Of a stretch of DNA of 64,000 nucleotides, positions 55,066 through 63,403 are shown piece after piece. A program made the position numbers and the translations under genes. This stretch comes from Bacteroidales bacterium (GTDB taxonomy: Bacteria; Bacteroidota; Bacteroidia; Bacteroidales; UBA3824): contig JAZLKG010000035.1 of assembly GCA_045597465.1 (NCBI GenBank), forward strand, positions 51,740 to 115,739. Direction: 5' to 3'. Under the pieces are notes generated by a model. The model ran no database searches. It had not been told where the DNA came from and saw nothing but the letters and a program-made list of their open reading frames with translations. Position 1 is the first letter of the stretch; every line of letters starts with the position of its first letter.

Positions 55066-55650
55066 TTATTTCTTCTCAATGATTGCGATGGCGAGTTTGC
55101 CGAACAGCATTGCTATGCGGTCCTCTATTCGGTCTTCTGAAGTACCATTGAATCTGTGTATGTTGAGAGAGCAGATTGTCTTCTTGTTTTTAAGGTCAGT
55201 GATGTCGATTGTGCCTGTTATTATCATTCGGCTCTTGTCTTCGGTTACCTGTTCCTTGTTGGCTATTCTGCGGCCAAGATTCTTTACCCATTTGGTTGAT
55301 TTTGCAACACCTTGCTCTACTGTTGATAGAGATTGCTCTATGTTCTTTACGTTGAAAACGATGCTGTATTGCGCATTGTTGCCAATCTTCAGGTCGTCGG
55401 AGGCTATGTTGAATGCCGATCTGAATGCCTGCATCGATAGGTTTGCCCTATTGCTGTAATCGTTGCCACACCAGGTCTTGAAGTTCTCGAACTCGTTGAT
55501 GGTGGCGTTGTCGAGTTTTATCTCTATTGAGGCGGTTGACTTTTCCGAAAGGAACTTTAGATCTCCGCTTTTTATCGATATCTCGTCTATCTGAGCGAAC
55601 GACGAGAGCGATGTTAGTATCGCTATTAGTATTAATGTGATTTTTCTCAT
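55066..55650 (-). CDS. Secreted hypothetical protein
   Basis: 194 aa with a signal peptide (MRKITLILIAILTSLSSFAQ). I do not recognise a family. Confidence 0.55.
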   Translation of the reverse strand: MRKITLILIAILTSLSSFAQIDEISIKSGDLKFLSEKSTASIEIKLDNATINEFENFKTWCGNDYSNRANLSMQAFRSAFNIASDDLKIGNNAQYSIVFNVKNIEQSLSTVEQGVAKSTKWVKNLGRRIANKEQVTEDKSRMIITGTIDITDLKNKKTICSLNIHRFNGTSEDRIEDRIAMLFGKLAIAIIEKK

Positions 55651-55680
55651 TTCTTTGTATATGTTGGATGGTTGTGTTTA

Positions 55681-56664
55681 TTACTTTTTGCGGGCACCCC
55701 AGTCAAGTCCTATGGTTAATAGGATAGTGCTATTGTTCGTTGTTGATTGACTTTCTGATTTGGCTTGATATCTATTGCCACCACTTGTTACTTTATCCCC
55801 AGTAAATGATGTATGTTCGTATCTTAAGGCAAAATTCCAGTGTGATACTCTGTATCCTAATGCTGGAGAGATGTAGAATGATGCTTTGCCTGCGGATGTA
55901 GATATTTCTACTCCCGTTCTTAATTCTGCAAATAGATTGGATTTTTCTTCGGAAGATGGAATCTCGCATCGCAAGTCGGTGAAAATAGGAATATTGGCAT
56001 TGATGTCAGTGTTACCCTGAATTTCATTATGAGCTATGCCCAAAATAACACCGCTTCCTAATCCTGCGAAAAAAGTTTCTCCAAGTTGTTTCCCATAAGT
56101 AATATATGAAATGGGACACCATGCGTTGCTTGAGCTTGAACTTTCGTTTGTGTTTTTTCCTGTAGTTGTTGTTGTGTTGACGGTTGAGCTTGTATAGCCG
56201 CCTCCCAACTCAAAGAAGCCTCTCCATCCTTTGCGGATATCCGTCTCTATGGATGATGATGAGGCAGGGGACTTTGCCTTGGGTGCAGGTTCCGATTGGG
56301 CGTAGTCCTTCTCCTTGGGTTGCTTTGGTTCTTTCTCTATGGTGATGTACTTCTTGGTAAGGAACTTGTCGAGTTTCTCGTTGCCTGAAGGCTCAAGTTC
56401 TTTGCTTGGTTTGGGTGTGGTGGATGAGGCGGTCTGTGCAGGTGCGGACACTTCTTCTTTGGTGATCTTGGCTACCTCGCTCATCTTGTATACAAACAAG
56501 GAGCCGTCGGCAGTCTGTATCTTGAGGCTCTCGTTGGGCACCTGCTCGATGATTACGCCCTTGATTACGCTTCCATTTTTCAGATGGACAACCTCTTTGT
56601 AGTTCTGAGCAAAGATAGTGGCCGAGGTTGCGAGCGCAACTATCAGTAGTAGTAGTTTTTTCAT
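55681..56664 (-). CDS. Probable outer-membrane beta-barrel protein with N-terminal globular domain and low-complexity linker
   Basis: 327 aa with a signal peptide, an N-terminal KEVVHLKNGSVIKGVIIEQVP domain, a P/S/K/E-rich linker, and a C-terminal half with alternating-hydrophobic strands (FFELGGGY, FYISPALGYRV, ILLTIGLDWG). Confidence 0.55.
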   Translation of the reverse strand: MKKLLLLIVALATSATIFAQNYKEVVHLKNGSVIKGVIIEQVPNESLKIQTADGSLFVYKMSEVAKITKEEVSAPAQTASSTTPKPSKELEPSGNEKLDKFLTKKYITIEKEPKQPKEKDYAQSEPAPKAKSPASSSSIETDIRKGWRGFFELGGGYTSSTVNTTTTTGKNTNESSSSSNAWCPISYITYGKQLGETFFAGLGSGVILGIAHNEIQGNTDINANIPIFTDLRCEIPSSEEKSNLFAELRTGVEISTSAGKASFYISPALGYRVSHWNFALRYEHTSFTGDKVTSGGNRYQAKSESQSTTNNSTILLTIGLDWGARKK

Positions 56665-56741
56665 TGTGGTAATAATTTAAGTGATTTCAGTAATCCGTGT
56701 TTTACCGACAAGTGAAAAATCTGTTTCCTAGTTTTGGGGGT

Positions 56742-56892
56742 GTCAGGGCACAAAAAATGCGTGCGCCTGACTTTACCAATCTTCTAGGTCCTAGGATAAC
56801 CCGTACTCACGATAAGTCATGCCCACGCAAAAGCGCAGGCATTCACTGACTTATTCGAAGTGAGTACAATTGAATTTCCTAGGTTCAGAAGA
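56742..56892 (-). ncRNA. Candidate structured 5' leader or small RNA
   Basis: Hairpin 56742-56771 is GTCAGGGCAC...GTGCGCCTGAC. A three-segment hairpin at 56803-56867 pairs GTACTCAC/GTGAGTAC, ATAAGTCA/TGACTTAT, TGCC/GGCA and CGC-AAAA-GCG. It is enclosed by TCTTC(56780)/GAAGA(56888) and CCTAGG palindromes. The strand was assigned from the promoter at 56970-57000. Confidence 0.3.
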
Positions 56893-56969
56893 ATCACCGA
56901 ATAAATAGCAAATGCTAATTTATATATGTCGTTTATGTCTTGTTGTCCAATTGTGGCTGTTCAACTTTG

Positions 56970-57000
56970 CAAATATAGAAATTTTTATGTGAACGGCAAA
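56970..57000 (-). promoter_or_regulatory. Bacteroidota promoter (-33 TTTG, 19-nt spacer, -7 TATATTTG) on the minus strand
   Basis: The reverse complement of 56970-56977 is TATATTTG and of 56997-57000 is TTTG. This predicts a leader of about 300 nt before ATG 56664. Confidence 0.5.
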
Positions 57001-57019
57001 GGATAATGAGAGAAATTTT

Positions 57020-58444
57020 TTATCCAAACAAATCCTCTGTTGTAACCACGTTTTGTATGATGTCGGCGTTTGGGGTGCGTTTTAGGCCTTTGGTGGTTAC
57101 TAAGACTATGTGAATCGCTTTGTCGGGGCCGGCAAACTCTGAGAGACGGAGTATGCGGTTCTGAATCCTTGAATATTCCTCGTCGTCAAGTTCGTATGTA
57201 TCAGAATAATATTTCATCTCGCAAATGTCGATTACGTCGTCGTCGCGGTCGATGAGTAGGTCTATTTGAACGCCTTTCTCGTTGGTATTAAGTTTGTTTT
57301 TGGAGTAACGCCACGAATACTCGCTGCTGAGGACTCCGCCAATACTTAACGCACGTTTTATTTGGTTTACGTGTATCAGGCATACTCTCTCGAAGGCAAG
57401 TCCGCACCAAACGTTTTTTATTTGCGAATTTAGGTTGCGCGACCAGAATTGATGGTCTTTCCTCTCGTTTTCTGCTATAAATTTGAAGTAGAACAATGTA
57501 TAGAAGTCAACAAGCTGAAAAACAGTGCCTTTGGTCTTGTTGCCAAGTTGATTGTAACTGCGGATAAATCCACAATGCTCCAAGTCTTCCAATATTGTGG
57601 TCAAGTTTCCGTTGTTGTGTGCTCCAATATTATCAACTATTTCATCTCGGGTCATTCCTATTTTTTTCTTGCCTAATGCTGTTACCACGTCGATATAGTT
57701 TTCAGGAGAGCGGAAGAGGGACGAATACAGTTCATCAAATTCCCGTTTTAGTGGCGCGTCTTCCGCAAAAAACATTTGGTCGATGTTCTGAGGCATTCCA
57801 AGTTCGCGTTTCATAAACGACCAATAGAATGGCACTCCGCCAATTATCATATAAGTCTCGAGAATCTGTTTTTTCGACATTCCCAGTTTTCTGTCTTGTG
57901 CGTATTGCTGACATTCGTTGAGGGTAAATTGTTGCAGATGAATGCGATGAGTGATACGGTTGTGGAGCCCGCCGTGATTTTTGATTACCTTGTTTATTAT
58001 CCACGAGGTGGCACTGCCGCATATCACCAGAACTATGTCCTTTCTTGCTGATGCCCAGCCATTCCAGAAAAATTCCAAAGCGGGAAGGAATTCCGAGCGT
58101 TTGGTGTCCATCCAAGGCATTTCGTCTATAAAGATTACTTTCTTGGGCTCGTTGGAATTTCTGATTAAATCTTTGAGTAAATCAAATGCGTCGATCCAGT
58201 TTTTGGGAGTTGCCCTTACTTTCATGCCATAGTCAGAAAGTGACGATTTCCAAGCCAAGAGTTGCTGCTTGAAATCGGAGTTGGCAAGACCAGAGTGCTG
58301 AAAAGTGAATTTGTTGTTGAAGAATTCTCTTATAAGGAAAGTTTTTCCAACACGTCTGCGCCCGTAAACTGCCACAAACTCAGAGTATTGCGAGTTTACT
58401 GCCTCTTGAAGTTCCGCCATTTCTTTTTTTCTTCCGATAATCAT
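57020..58444 (-). CDS. AAA ATPase (archaeal-ATPase/DUF234-like) with a C-terminal PD-(D/E)xK-like motif
   Basis: 474 aa with Walker A (GRRRVGKT), Walker B (VIFIDEMPW) and a C-terminal VQIDLLIDRDDDVIDICEMKYY. Confidence 0.8.
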   Translation of the reverse strand: MIIGRKKEMAELQEAVNSQYSEFVAVYGRRRVGKTFLIREFFNNKFTFQHSGLANSDFKQQLLAWKSSLSDYGMKVRATPKNWIDAFDLLKDLIRNSNEPKKVIFIDEMPWMDTKRSEFLPALEFFWNGWASARKDIVLVICGSATSWIINKVIKNHGGLHNRITHRIHLQQFTLNECQQYAQDRKLGMSKKQILETYMIIGGVPFYWSFMKRELGMPQNIDQMFFAEDAPLKREFDELYSSLFRSPENYIDVVTALGKKKIGMTRDEIVDNIGAHNNGNLTTILEDLEHCGFIRSYNQLGNKTKGTVFQLVDFYTLFYFKFIAENERKDHQFWSRNLNSQIKNVWCGLAFERVCLIHVNQIKRALSIGGVLSSEYSWRYSKNKLNTNEKGVQIDLLIDRDDDVIDICEMKYYSDTYELDDEEYSRIQNRILRLSEFAGPDKAIHIVLVTTKGLKRTPNADIIQNVVTTEDLFG

Positions 58445-58484
58445 AGCCTTGGATTTTTAATTGATTTCACGGAGCAAAGATAAT

Positions 58485-58555
58485 AAAAAACTGCGTTATA
58501 TTCGGCTAAATGTTTCTTTTTTTTAGAGATTTAGCCAAATATAACGCAGTTTTTT
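58485..58555. repeat. 71-nt palindromic element B (27-bp stem, one mismatch)
   Basis: AAAAAACTGCGTTATATTCGGCTAAAT (58485-58511) pairs with ATTTAGCCAAATATAACGCAGTTTTTT (58529-58555) across the loop GTTTCTTTTTTTTAGAG. It has the same outer arms and orientation as element A. Confidence 0.85.
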
Positions 58556-58592
58556 ATTTATTGAGTGCGTATTAAGTGACCGTGTTTGTTAG

Positions 58593-58859
58593 CTACCAAA
58601 ATATATTGTTGACCATAAAGTCTACTCCTCCTCTTGTTTGGTTATGGTCTCTGGTGAATCTTACAGTTTGTTTCTTGGCTTTGTTTGGGAAGTGTTTTTT
58701 CTTGGCTTCGTTGAATACTGATAATCCAGCACCCCACTGATTGTAATATTCTGTACCACTTACATTGTAGGTGTTTCTCTCCACAACAATGTTGGCTTCT
58801 TGGTTTTGGATGTAATTGAAGAAATATTTTCGGCCATTAATACGTAATTCAATCCGCAT
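58593..58859 (-). CDS. Small hypothetical protein, possibly a gene remnant
   Basis: 88 aa from the ATG. The frame stays open a further 19 codons upstream with no start codon. I do not recognise a family. Confidence 0.3.
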   Translation of the reverse strand: MRIELRINGRKYFFNYIQNQEANIVVERNTYNVSGTEYYNQWGAGLSVFNEAKKKHFPNKAKKQTVRFTRDHNQTRGGVDFMVNNIFW

Positions 58860-58951
58860 ATCTTCAGGAAGGTAGGTTTGGTATTCTAACTTTCCAGAGT
58901 TTGAAGTTAACCCCTAAAGTTGGACCGCAGACTTTGCGGTTAAGGAAAAGT

Positions 58952-60055
58952 TTACAACAGTTTTCTCAAATCCTCCTCGTTGGGTAACGCTTTCTTGAAA
59001 TTCTCTGGCATATCTTTGGTGGTGCTGTATGTTGATACGGTCATTGGTTTTGAGTAATCTCTTAGTGCGAATTCTATTACCGTTTTCTTTGCCTCTTTGC
59101 AAAGTATTATTCCTATTGACGGATTTTCGTGCTCCTTTTTCACAGACTTGTCCAAAGCGCTTAGATACATGCTCAATTGTCCAAGGTATGCGGGCTTGAA
59201 TTTACCAGTCTTCAGCTCAATAGCCACCAGACAGTTGAGGTCGCGGTTGAAGAATAGCAAATCAATGAAATATTCCTCGTCTTCCACCATTACCCTGTAT
59301 TGGTTTCTTATGAAGAGGAAGTCATCGCCGAATTGCTCGATGAATTTTCTTATGTTGTTTACAATTTCGTTTTCCAGTACAGCCTCGTCGATATCCTCGT
59401 CGTCTTCGCCCAGAGGTTCCACATTAATGAACTGCAGCAGATAGTTGTCCTTGAATGCCTTAACAGCCTTTACTGCCATTTTTTGAGATGATATTGTCTG
59501 CTTGAAATTGTTTGCTGGCTGATGCTGGGAATATAGGCCTGACTTAATGTAGTCACGGAGGGTATATTTGTTCCAAGCGTTTTTAACAGCCTCGGTGATG
59601 TAGTAAAATCGTTCCTGCAGGTTCTTGCACAATGAGAATATCTGCACGTGATGTGAGAATGGCAATTGCACAAAATATGCCCAATCAAATTCGCCAACCG
59701 CCGGTTGGCGAATTTGAGAAAGAAGATGCTTTTCGTCAATGCCTTCAGACTCAATTTGTTGATGGGCTTCTATAAGTGAATTCCATTCCTCATAAAACTG
59801 ACGCATATATTTAATCATGCTTTCAGAATAACCCGTCAGACCTGGCATTTCTTTTTGTAGTTGTTCTGATATCATGCGGATTGCGCCCTTGCCCCAATAT
59901 CCGTTGCGGGAGTTCTTGGATACAAAGTTTCCTATTCCGTAATAAAGGGAAAGCATCTCTCTATTAACAGACATTACAGCCTTGTACTGACTGCGTTGTA
60001 TAGCCTCCTTAATCGTCTTGACGGCGTTTGTGTATTTTTCTTCTATGGCTTCCAT
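58952..60055 (-). CDS. PDDEXK nuclease domain protein (YhcG/DUF1016 family)
   Basis: It has a DUF1016-type N-terminus (REMLSLYYGIGNFVS) and the nuclease core YFIDLLFFNRDLNCLVAIELKTGKFKPAYLGQLSMYL. I trimmed the start to ATG 60055. Confidence 0.85.
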   Translation of the reverse strand: MEAIEEKYTNAVKTIKEAIQRSQYKAVMSVNREMLSLYYGIGNFVSKNSRNGYWGKGAIRMISEQLQKEMPGLTGYSESMIKYMRQFYEEWNSLIEAHQQIESEGIDEKHLLSQIRQPAVGEFDWAYFVQLPFSHHVQIFSLCKNLQERFYYITEAVKNAWNKYTLRDYIKSGLYSQHQPANNFKQTISSQKMAVKAVKAFKDNYLLQFINVEPLGEDDEDIDEAVLENEIVNNIRKFIEQFGDDFLFIRNQYRVMVEDEEYFIDLLFFNRDLNCLVAIELKTGKFKPAYLGQLSMYLSALDKSVKKEHENPSIGIILCKEAKKTVIEFALRDYSKPMTVSTYSTTKDMPENFKKALPNEEDLRKLL

Positions 60056-60081
60056 TAAGGTTGTGTATTGATTTATTTTTG

Positions 60082-60089
60082 CAAATATA
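60082..60089 (-). promoter_or_regulatory. -7 promoter box TATATTTG for the YhcG-like gene
   Basis: Perfect TAnnTTTG on the minus strand, 27 nt upstream of ATG 60055. Confidence 0.5.
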
Positions 60090-60091
60090 AC

Positions 60092-60132
60092 AAAAAAAAG
60101 TCCCGGCAAAGTCATTTGTCGGGACTTTTTTT
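60092..60132 (-). terminator. Rho-independent terminator after tyrS (bidirectional shape)
   Basis: A8-GTCCCG ... CGGGAC-T7, with a 14-nt loop. Confidence 0.75.
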
Positions 60133-60152
60133 GTTATATCAGCGTGAGCAAG

Positions 60153-61451
60153 TTACTCTGCCTTGATGATGAACCAGTTTTTCTTGCCTTTCTTTACGAG
60201 GATGTATTTGCCGTCGAGGAGGGCGTCGGCGTTGATGATGGCCTTCTCGTCGGATACTTTCTCGAGATTGATGGCTATGGCGTTTTCCTTTACAGAGCGG
60301 CGAGCCTCAGACTTTGATGCAAGGCACTGTGTCTTGTCAGCCAACAAATCCAGCAATCCGATACCTGCCGAAAGCTCTGCCTTCGAGATGTTGAACTGTG
60401 GAACGCCAGCGAATACCGACATGAATGTGGCCTCGTCCAAAGCGAGAAGCTGATCCTTGGTGCCCTTGCCGAAGAGTATCTGTGATGCTGATACGGCAGT
60501 GTTGTAGGCCTGCTCGCCGTGTACCATGATGGTGATGTGCTTGGCGAGTACGCTCTGAAGCTGACGGCGGCCTGGATCCTGCTTGTGCTCTGCGATGAGA
60601 TTCTCAATCTCCACGTGAGAGAGCAAAGTATATATCTTAATGTATCTCTCAGCGTCCTCGTCGGATGTGTTCATCCAGAACTGGTAGAACTCGTATGGCG
60701 AAGTGAGCTTTGGATCGAGCCAGATGTTGCCCTTCTCGGTCTTGCCGAACTTGGTGCCGTCGGCCTTCTTGATGAGAGGACATGTGAGACCGAAAGCCTC
60801 AGCCTCCTGACCATCGATACGGCGGATGAGCTCGGTACCTGTTGTGATGTTTCCCCACTGATCCGCACCACCCATCTGGAGCTTGCAGTTCATATTCTTG
60901 CGGAGGTAGTAGAAGTCGTAACCCTGCATGAGCTGGTAAGAGAACTCTGTGAAGCTCATTCCCTCTCTTGACTCAGAAGAGAAACGCTTCTTTACTGAAT
61001 CCTTGGCCATCATGTAGTTTACGGTGATGTGCTTGCCGATGTCGCGGATAAAGTTGATGAAAGAGAAATCCTTCATCCAGTCGTAGTTGTCCACGAGAAC
61101 AGCCTTGTTGGGAGCGTCGCTCTCAAAATCGAGGAACTTTGCCAGCTGTGCCTTGATGCAGGCCTTGTTGTGGTTGAGGGTTTCCTCGTTGAGGAGGTTG
61201 CGCTCGGCTGATTTTCCCGATGGGTCGCCCACCATACCTGTGGCGCCGCCTACGAGGGCTATCGGCTTGTGGCCGGCCATCTGGAAATGCTTCAATATCA
61301 TGATAGATACGAGGTGACCTATGTGCAGTGAGTCTGCTGTAGGGTCGATACCTACGTAAGCTGTGGTCATCTCCTTGGCGAGCTGCTCTTCTGTTCCAGG
61401 CATCATGTCCTGAATCATGCCACGCCATTTAAGATCGTCGATAAAATTCAT
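60153..61451 (-). CDS. tyrS: Tyrosine--tRNA ligase
   Basis: 432 aa with HIGH (DSLHIGHLV), KMSKS-type KFGKTEKG and a C-terminal S4-like domain. Confidence 0.95.
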   Translation of the reverse strand: MNFIDDLKWRGMIQDMMPGTEEQLAKEMTTAYVGIDPTADSLHIGHLVSIMILKHFQMAGHKPIALVGGATGMVGDPSGKSAERNLLNEETLNHNKACIKAQLAKFLDFESDAPNKAVLVDNYDWMKDFSFINFIRDIGKHITVNYMMAKDSVKKRFSSESREGMSFTEFSYQLMQGYDFYYLRKNMNCKLQMGGADQWGNITTGTELIRRIDGQEAEAFGLTCPLIKKADGTKFGKTEKGNIWLDPKLTSPYEFYQFWMNTSDEDAERYIKIYTLLSHVEIENLIAEHKQDPGRRQLQSVLAKHITIMVHGEQAYNTAVSASQILFGKGTKDQLLALDEATFMSVFAGVPQFNISKAELSAGIGLLDLLADKTQCLASKSEARRSVKENAIAINLEKVSDEKAIINADALLDGKYILVKKGKKNWFIIKAE

Positions 61452-61472
61452 CGTTTTACATTTAGTATTATT

Positions 61473-61563
61473 ATGGAACGCGGATTACGCTGATCTGGCG
61501 GATTGGCGCTGTTTTATAAAAAATCTGCGAAAATCCGCACAATCTGTGTCATCTGCGTTCCAT
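61473..61563 (-). promoter_or_regulatory. Structured pheS-tyrS spacer with alternative pairing options
   Basis: A 9-bp long-range pair joins ATGGAACGC (61473-61481) and GCGTTCCAT (61555-61563). One AATCCGC (61532-61538) faces two GCGGATT copies (61480-61486, 61498-61504). On the minus strand there is a weak hairpin-plus-U6 (UGCGGAUUUUCGCAGAUUUUUU). Confidence 0.35.
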
Positions 61564-61576
61564 TCTATGCAATTAT

Positions 61577-62590
61577 TTAGTATTTAAAGCGTGAAAGGAA
61601 CTTCATATCGTTCTCGAAGAACATACGGATGTCGGTTACGCCGTAGCGGAGCATTGCTGTACGCTCGATACCCATGCCGAATGCGAATCCTGAGTAAACC
61701 TCAGGGTCGATGCCGCAGTTGCGGAGCACGTTGGGGTGTACCATGCCGCAGCCCAAAACCTCAAGCCAGCCTGTGCCCTTGCATATCGCGCAGCCCTTGC
61801 CACCGCAGATAGAGCAGCTTACGTCCATCTCGGCCGATGGCTCGGTGAATGGGAAGTATGATGGGCGGAGACGGATCTCGGTCTTCTCGCCGTAAAACTC
61901 CTTGGCGAAATACATAAGAGTCTGCTTAAGGTCGGCGAAAGACACGTTCTTGTCGATATACAAGCCCTCCACCTGGTGGAAAATACAGTGTGAGCGGGCT
62001 GATACTGCCTCATTTCTGAAAACCCTGCCTGGCACGAGCACGCGGATAGGAGGCTGCTGCTTCTCCATTACACGAACCTGACCGCCTGATGTGTGTGTGC
62101 GGAGCAGGAGGTCGGGATTGGTCTCCACGAAGAAAGTATCCTGCATATCGCGTGCTGGATGCTCTGGTGGGAAGTTGAGGGCGGTGAAGTTGTGGTAATC
62201 GTCCTCTATCTCCTGACCCTCGGCCACTGTGAAGCCCAGGCGTGAGAATATCTCGATAATCTCGTTCTTGACCATTGTGATAGGGTGGTGGCTGCCGAGA
62301 TTGTAGTTGGGGCCAGGGAGAGTGATGTCGAGGTCGTTTGGCTTCTGGGCCTCGTCCTCAAATTTCTCCTGAGCCTCCTTCAACTTGGCCTCTACTGCCT
62401 GCTTCAGTGAGTTGATCTTCTGACCATACTCCTTCTTCTGGGCTGGCTCCACCTTCTTGAACTCAGCGAAAATGTCGTTGAGGATACCCTTCTTTGAGAG
62501 GAATTTCAAGCGGAGCTCCTCGGCCTTCTCCTTGGTGTCGGCCTGGAATTTCTCTACCTCCTCGATGAATTCTTTAATTTTCTCAATCAT
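61577..62590 (-). CDS. pheS: Phenylalanine--tRNA ligase alpha subunit
   Basis: 337 aa with class II motifs (FPPEHPARDMQDTFF, GRVFRNE, GFAFGMGIERTAML). Confidence 0.95.
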   Translation of the reverse strand: MIEKIKEFIEEVEKFQADTKEKAEELRLKFLSKKGILNDIFAEFKKVEPAQKKEYGQKINSLKQAVEAKLKEAQEKFEDEAQKPNDLDITLPGPNYNLGSHHPITMVKNEIIEIFSRLGFTVAEGQEIEDDYHNFTALNFPPEHPARDMQDTFFVETNPDLLLRTHTSGGQVRVMEKQQPPIRVLVPGRVFRNEAVSARSHCIFHQVEGLYIDKNVSFADLKQTLMYFAKEFYGEKTEIRLRPSYFPFTEPSAEMDVSCSICGGKGCAICKGTGWLEVLGCGMVHPNVLRNCGIDPEVYSGFAFGMGIERTAMLRYGVTDIRMFFENDMKFLSRFKY

Positions 62591-62600
62591 AACAATTATA

Positions 62601-62675
62601 AGTGATTGAAGTGATTGAAGTGGTGGAAGTGTTGAAGCATATCTGTCACTTCAACATTTCTACATTTCAATCACT
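62601..62675 (-). promoter_or_regulatory. Hairpin with a duplicated arm upstream of pheS
   Basis: Tandem GTGATTGAA units (62602-62610, 62611-62619) can each pair with TTCAATCAC (62666-62674). The inner helix pairs GAAGTGTTGAAG (62626-62637) with CTTCAACATTTC (62649-62660). Confidence 0.35.
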
Positions 62676-62680
62676 TGGAA

Positions 62681-63403
62681 TTATTCTATTGCAGTTGCCT
62701 TAATGATCTTGATGTCTTCCTTTGGACGGTCGGCGCCATCCTTCTGGGCTGAGGCTATCATGTCCACTACTTCCATGCCGTCAACAACCTCGCCGAAAAC
62801 AGTGTACTGAGCGTCGAGAGTAGGAGCGCCGCCAATCTCCTCGTAGGTCTTTAGCTGCTCGTCGCTGAACTCGAAACCGTATCTGGAGTAGGCCTTCAGC
62901 TGAGAAGCAGGGGTCTTCTGTCCGTGAACGATGTAGAACTGGGATCCTGAGCTGCGGCGCATTGGGTTGCCCTGGTCGCCGGTGCGGGCTGCGGCAATGG
63001 CGCCACGCTTGTGGAAGTGGTTGGGGATGATTTCAGCTGGCAATGTGTAGCCTGGGCCGCCAGAGCCGAGTCTTTCGCCTGGAGCAGCTGTCTTGCTGTC
63101 GGGGTCTCCGCCCTGAATCATGAATCCTTCTATTACGCGGTGAAAAAGCATTCCGTCGTAGTATCCTTCCTTTGTCAACTTTACGAAGTTGTTGCTGTGT
63201 ACTGGGGTATCATTGTAGAGTTCGATCTTGATGTTACCCTTTGTGGTTTCTAATAATATCATAGTGTTTTTAGTATTTTGCTGAGTATCAGTGTTTGCTG
63301 ATATTTCTGTCTTATCAGCATTCTTCTCCTTTTTCTTGCCCTTCTGAGCCATTGTAAGCTGGCATACGAGGAGCAGAAGCATCAGTGTGAGTATCTTTTT
63401 CAT
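62681..63403 (-). CDS. Peptidylprolyl isomerase (cyclophilin type), secreted
   Basis: It has a signal peptide (MKKILTLMLLLLVCQLTMAQ) and a cyclophilin core (FHRVIEGFMIQGGDP, GSQFYIV). An alternative start lies at 63415. Confidence 0.9.
   Translation of the reverse strand: MKKILTLMLLLLVCQLTMAQKGKKKEKNADKTEISANTDTQQNTKNTMILLETTKGNIKIELYNDTPVHSNNFVKLTKEGYYDGMLFHRVIEGFMIQGGDPDSKTAAPGERLGSGGPGYTLPAEIIPNHFHKRGAIAAARTGDQGNPMRRSSGSQFYIVHGQKTPASQLKAYSRYGFEFSDEQLKTYEEIGGAPTLDAQYTVFGEVVDGMEVVDMIASAQKDGADRPKEDIKIIKATAIE

Noticed and set aside
60153-62680. T-box riboswitches ahead of tyrS and pheS (also considered for ileS and cysS).
   Set aside because: I found no T-box consensus or specifier-loop architecture, and T-boxes are not expected in this phylum. 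The structures are reported separately as unknown elements.
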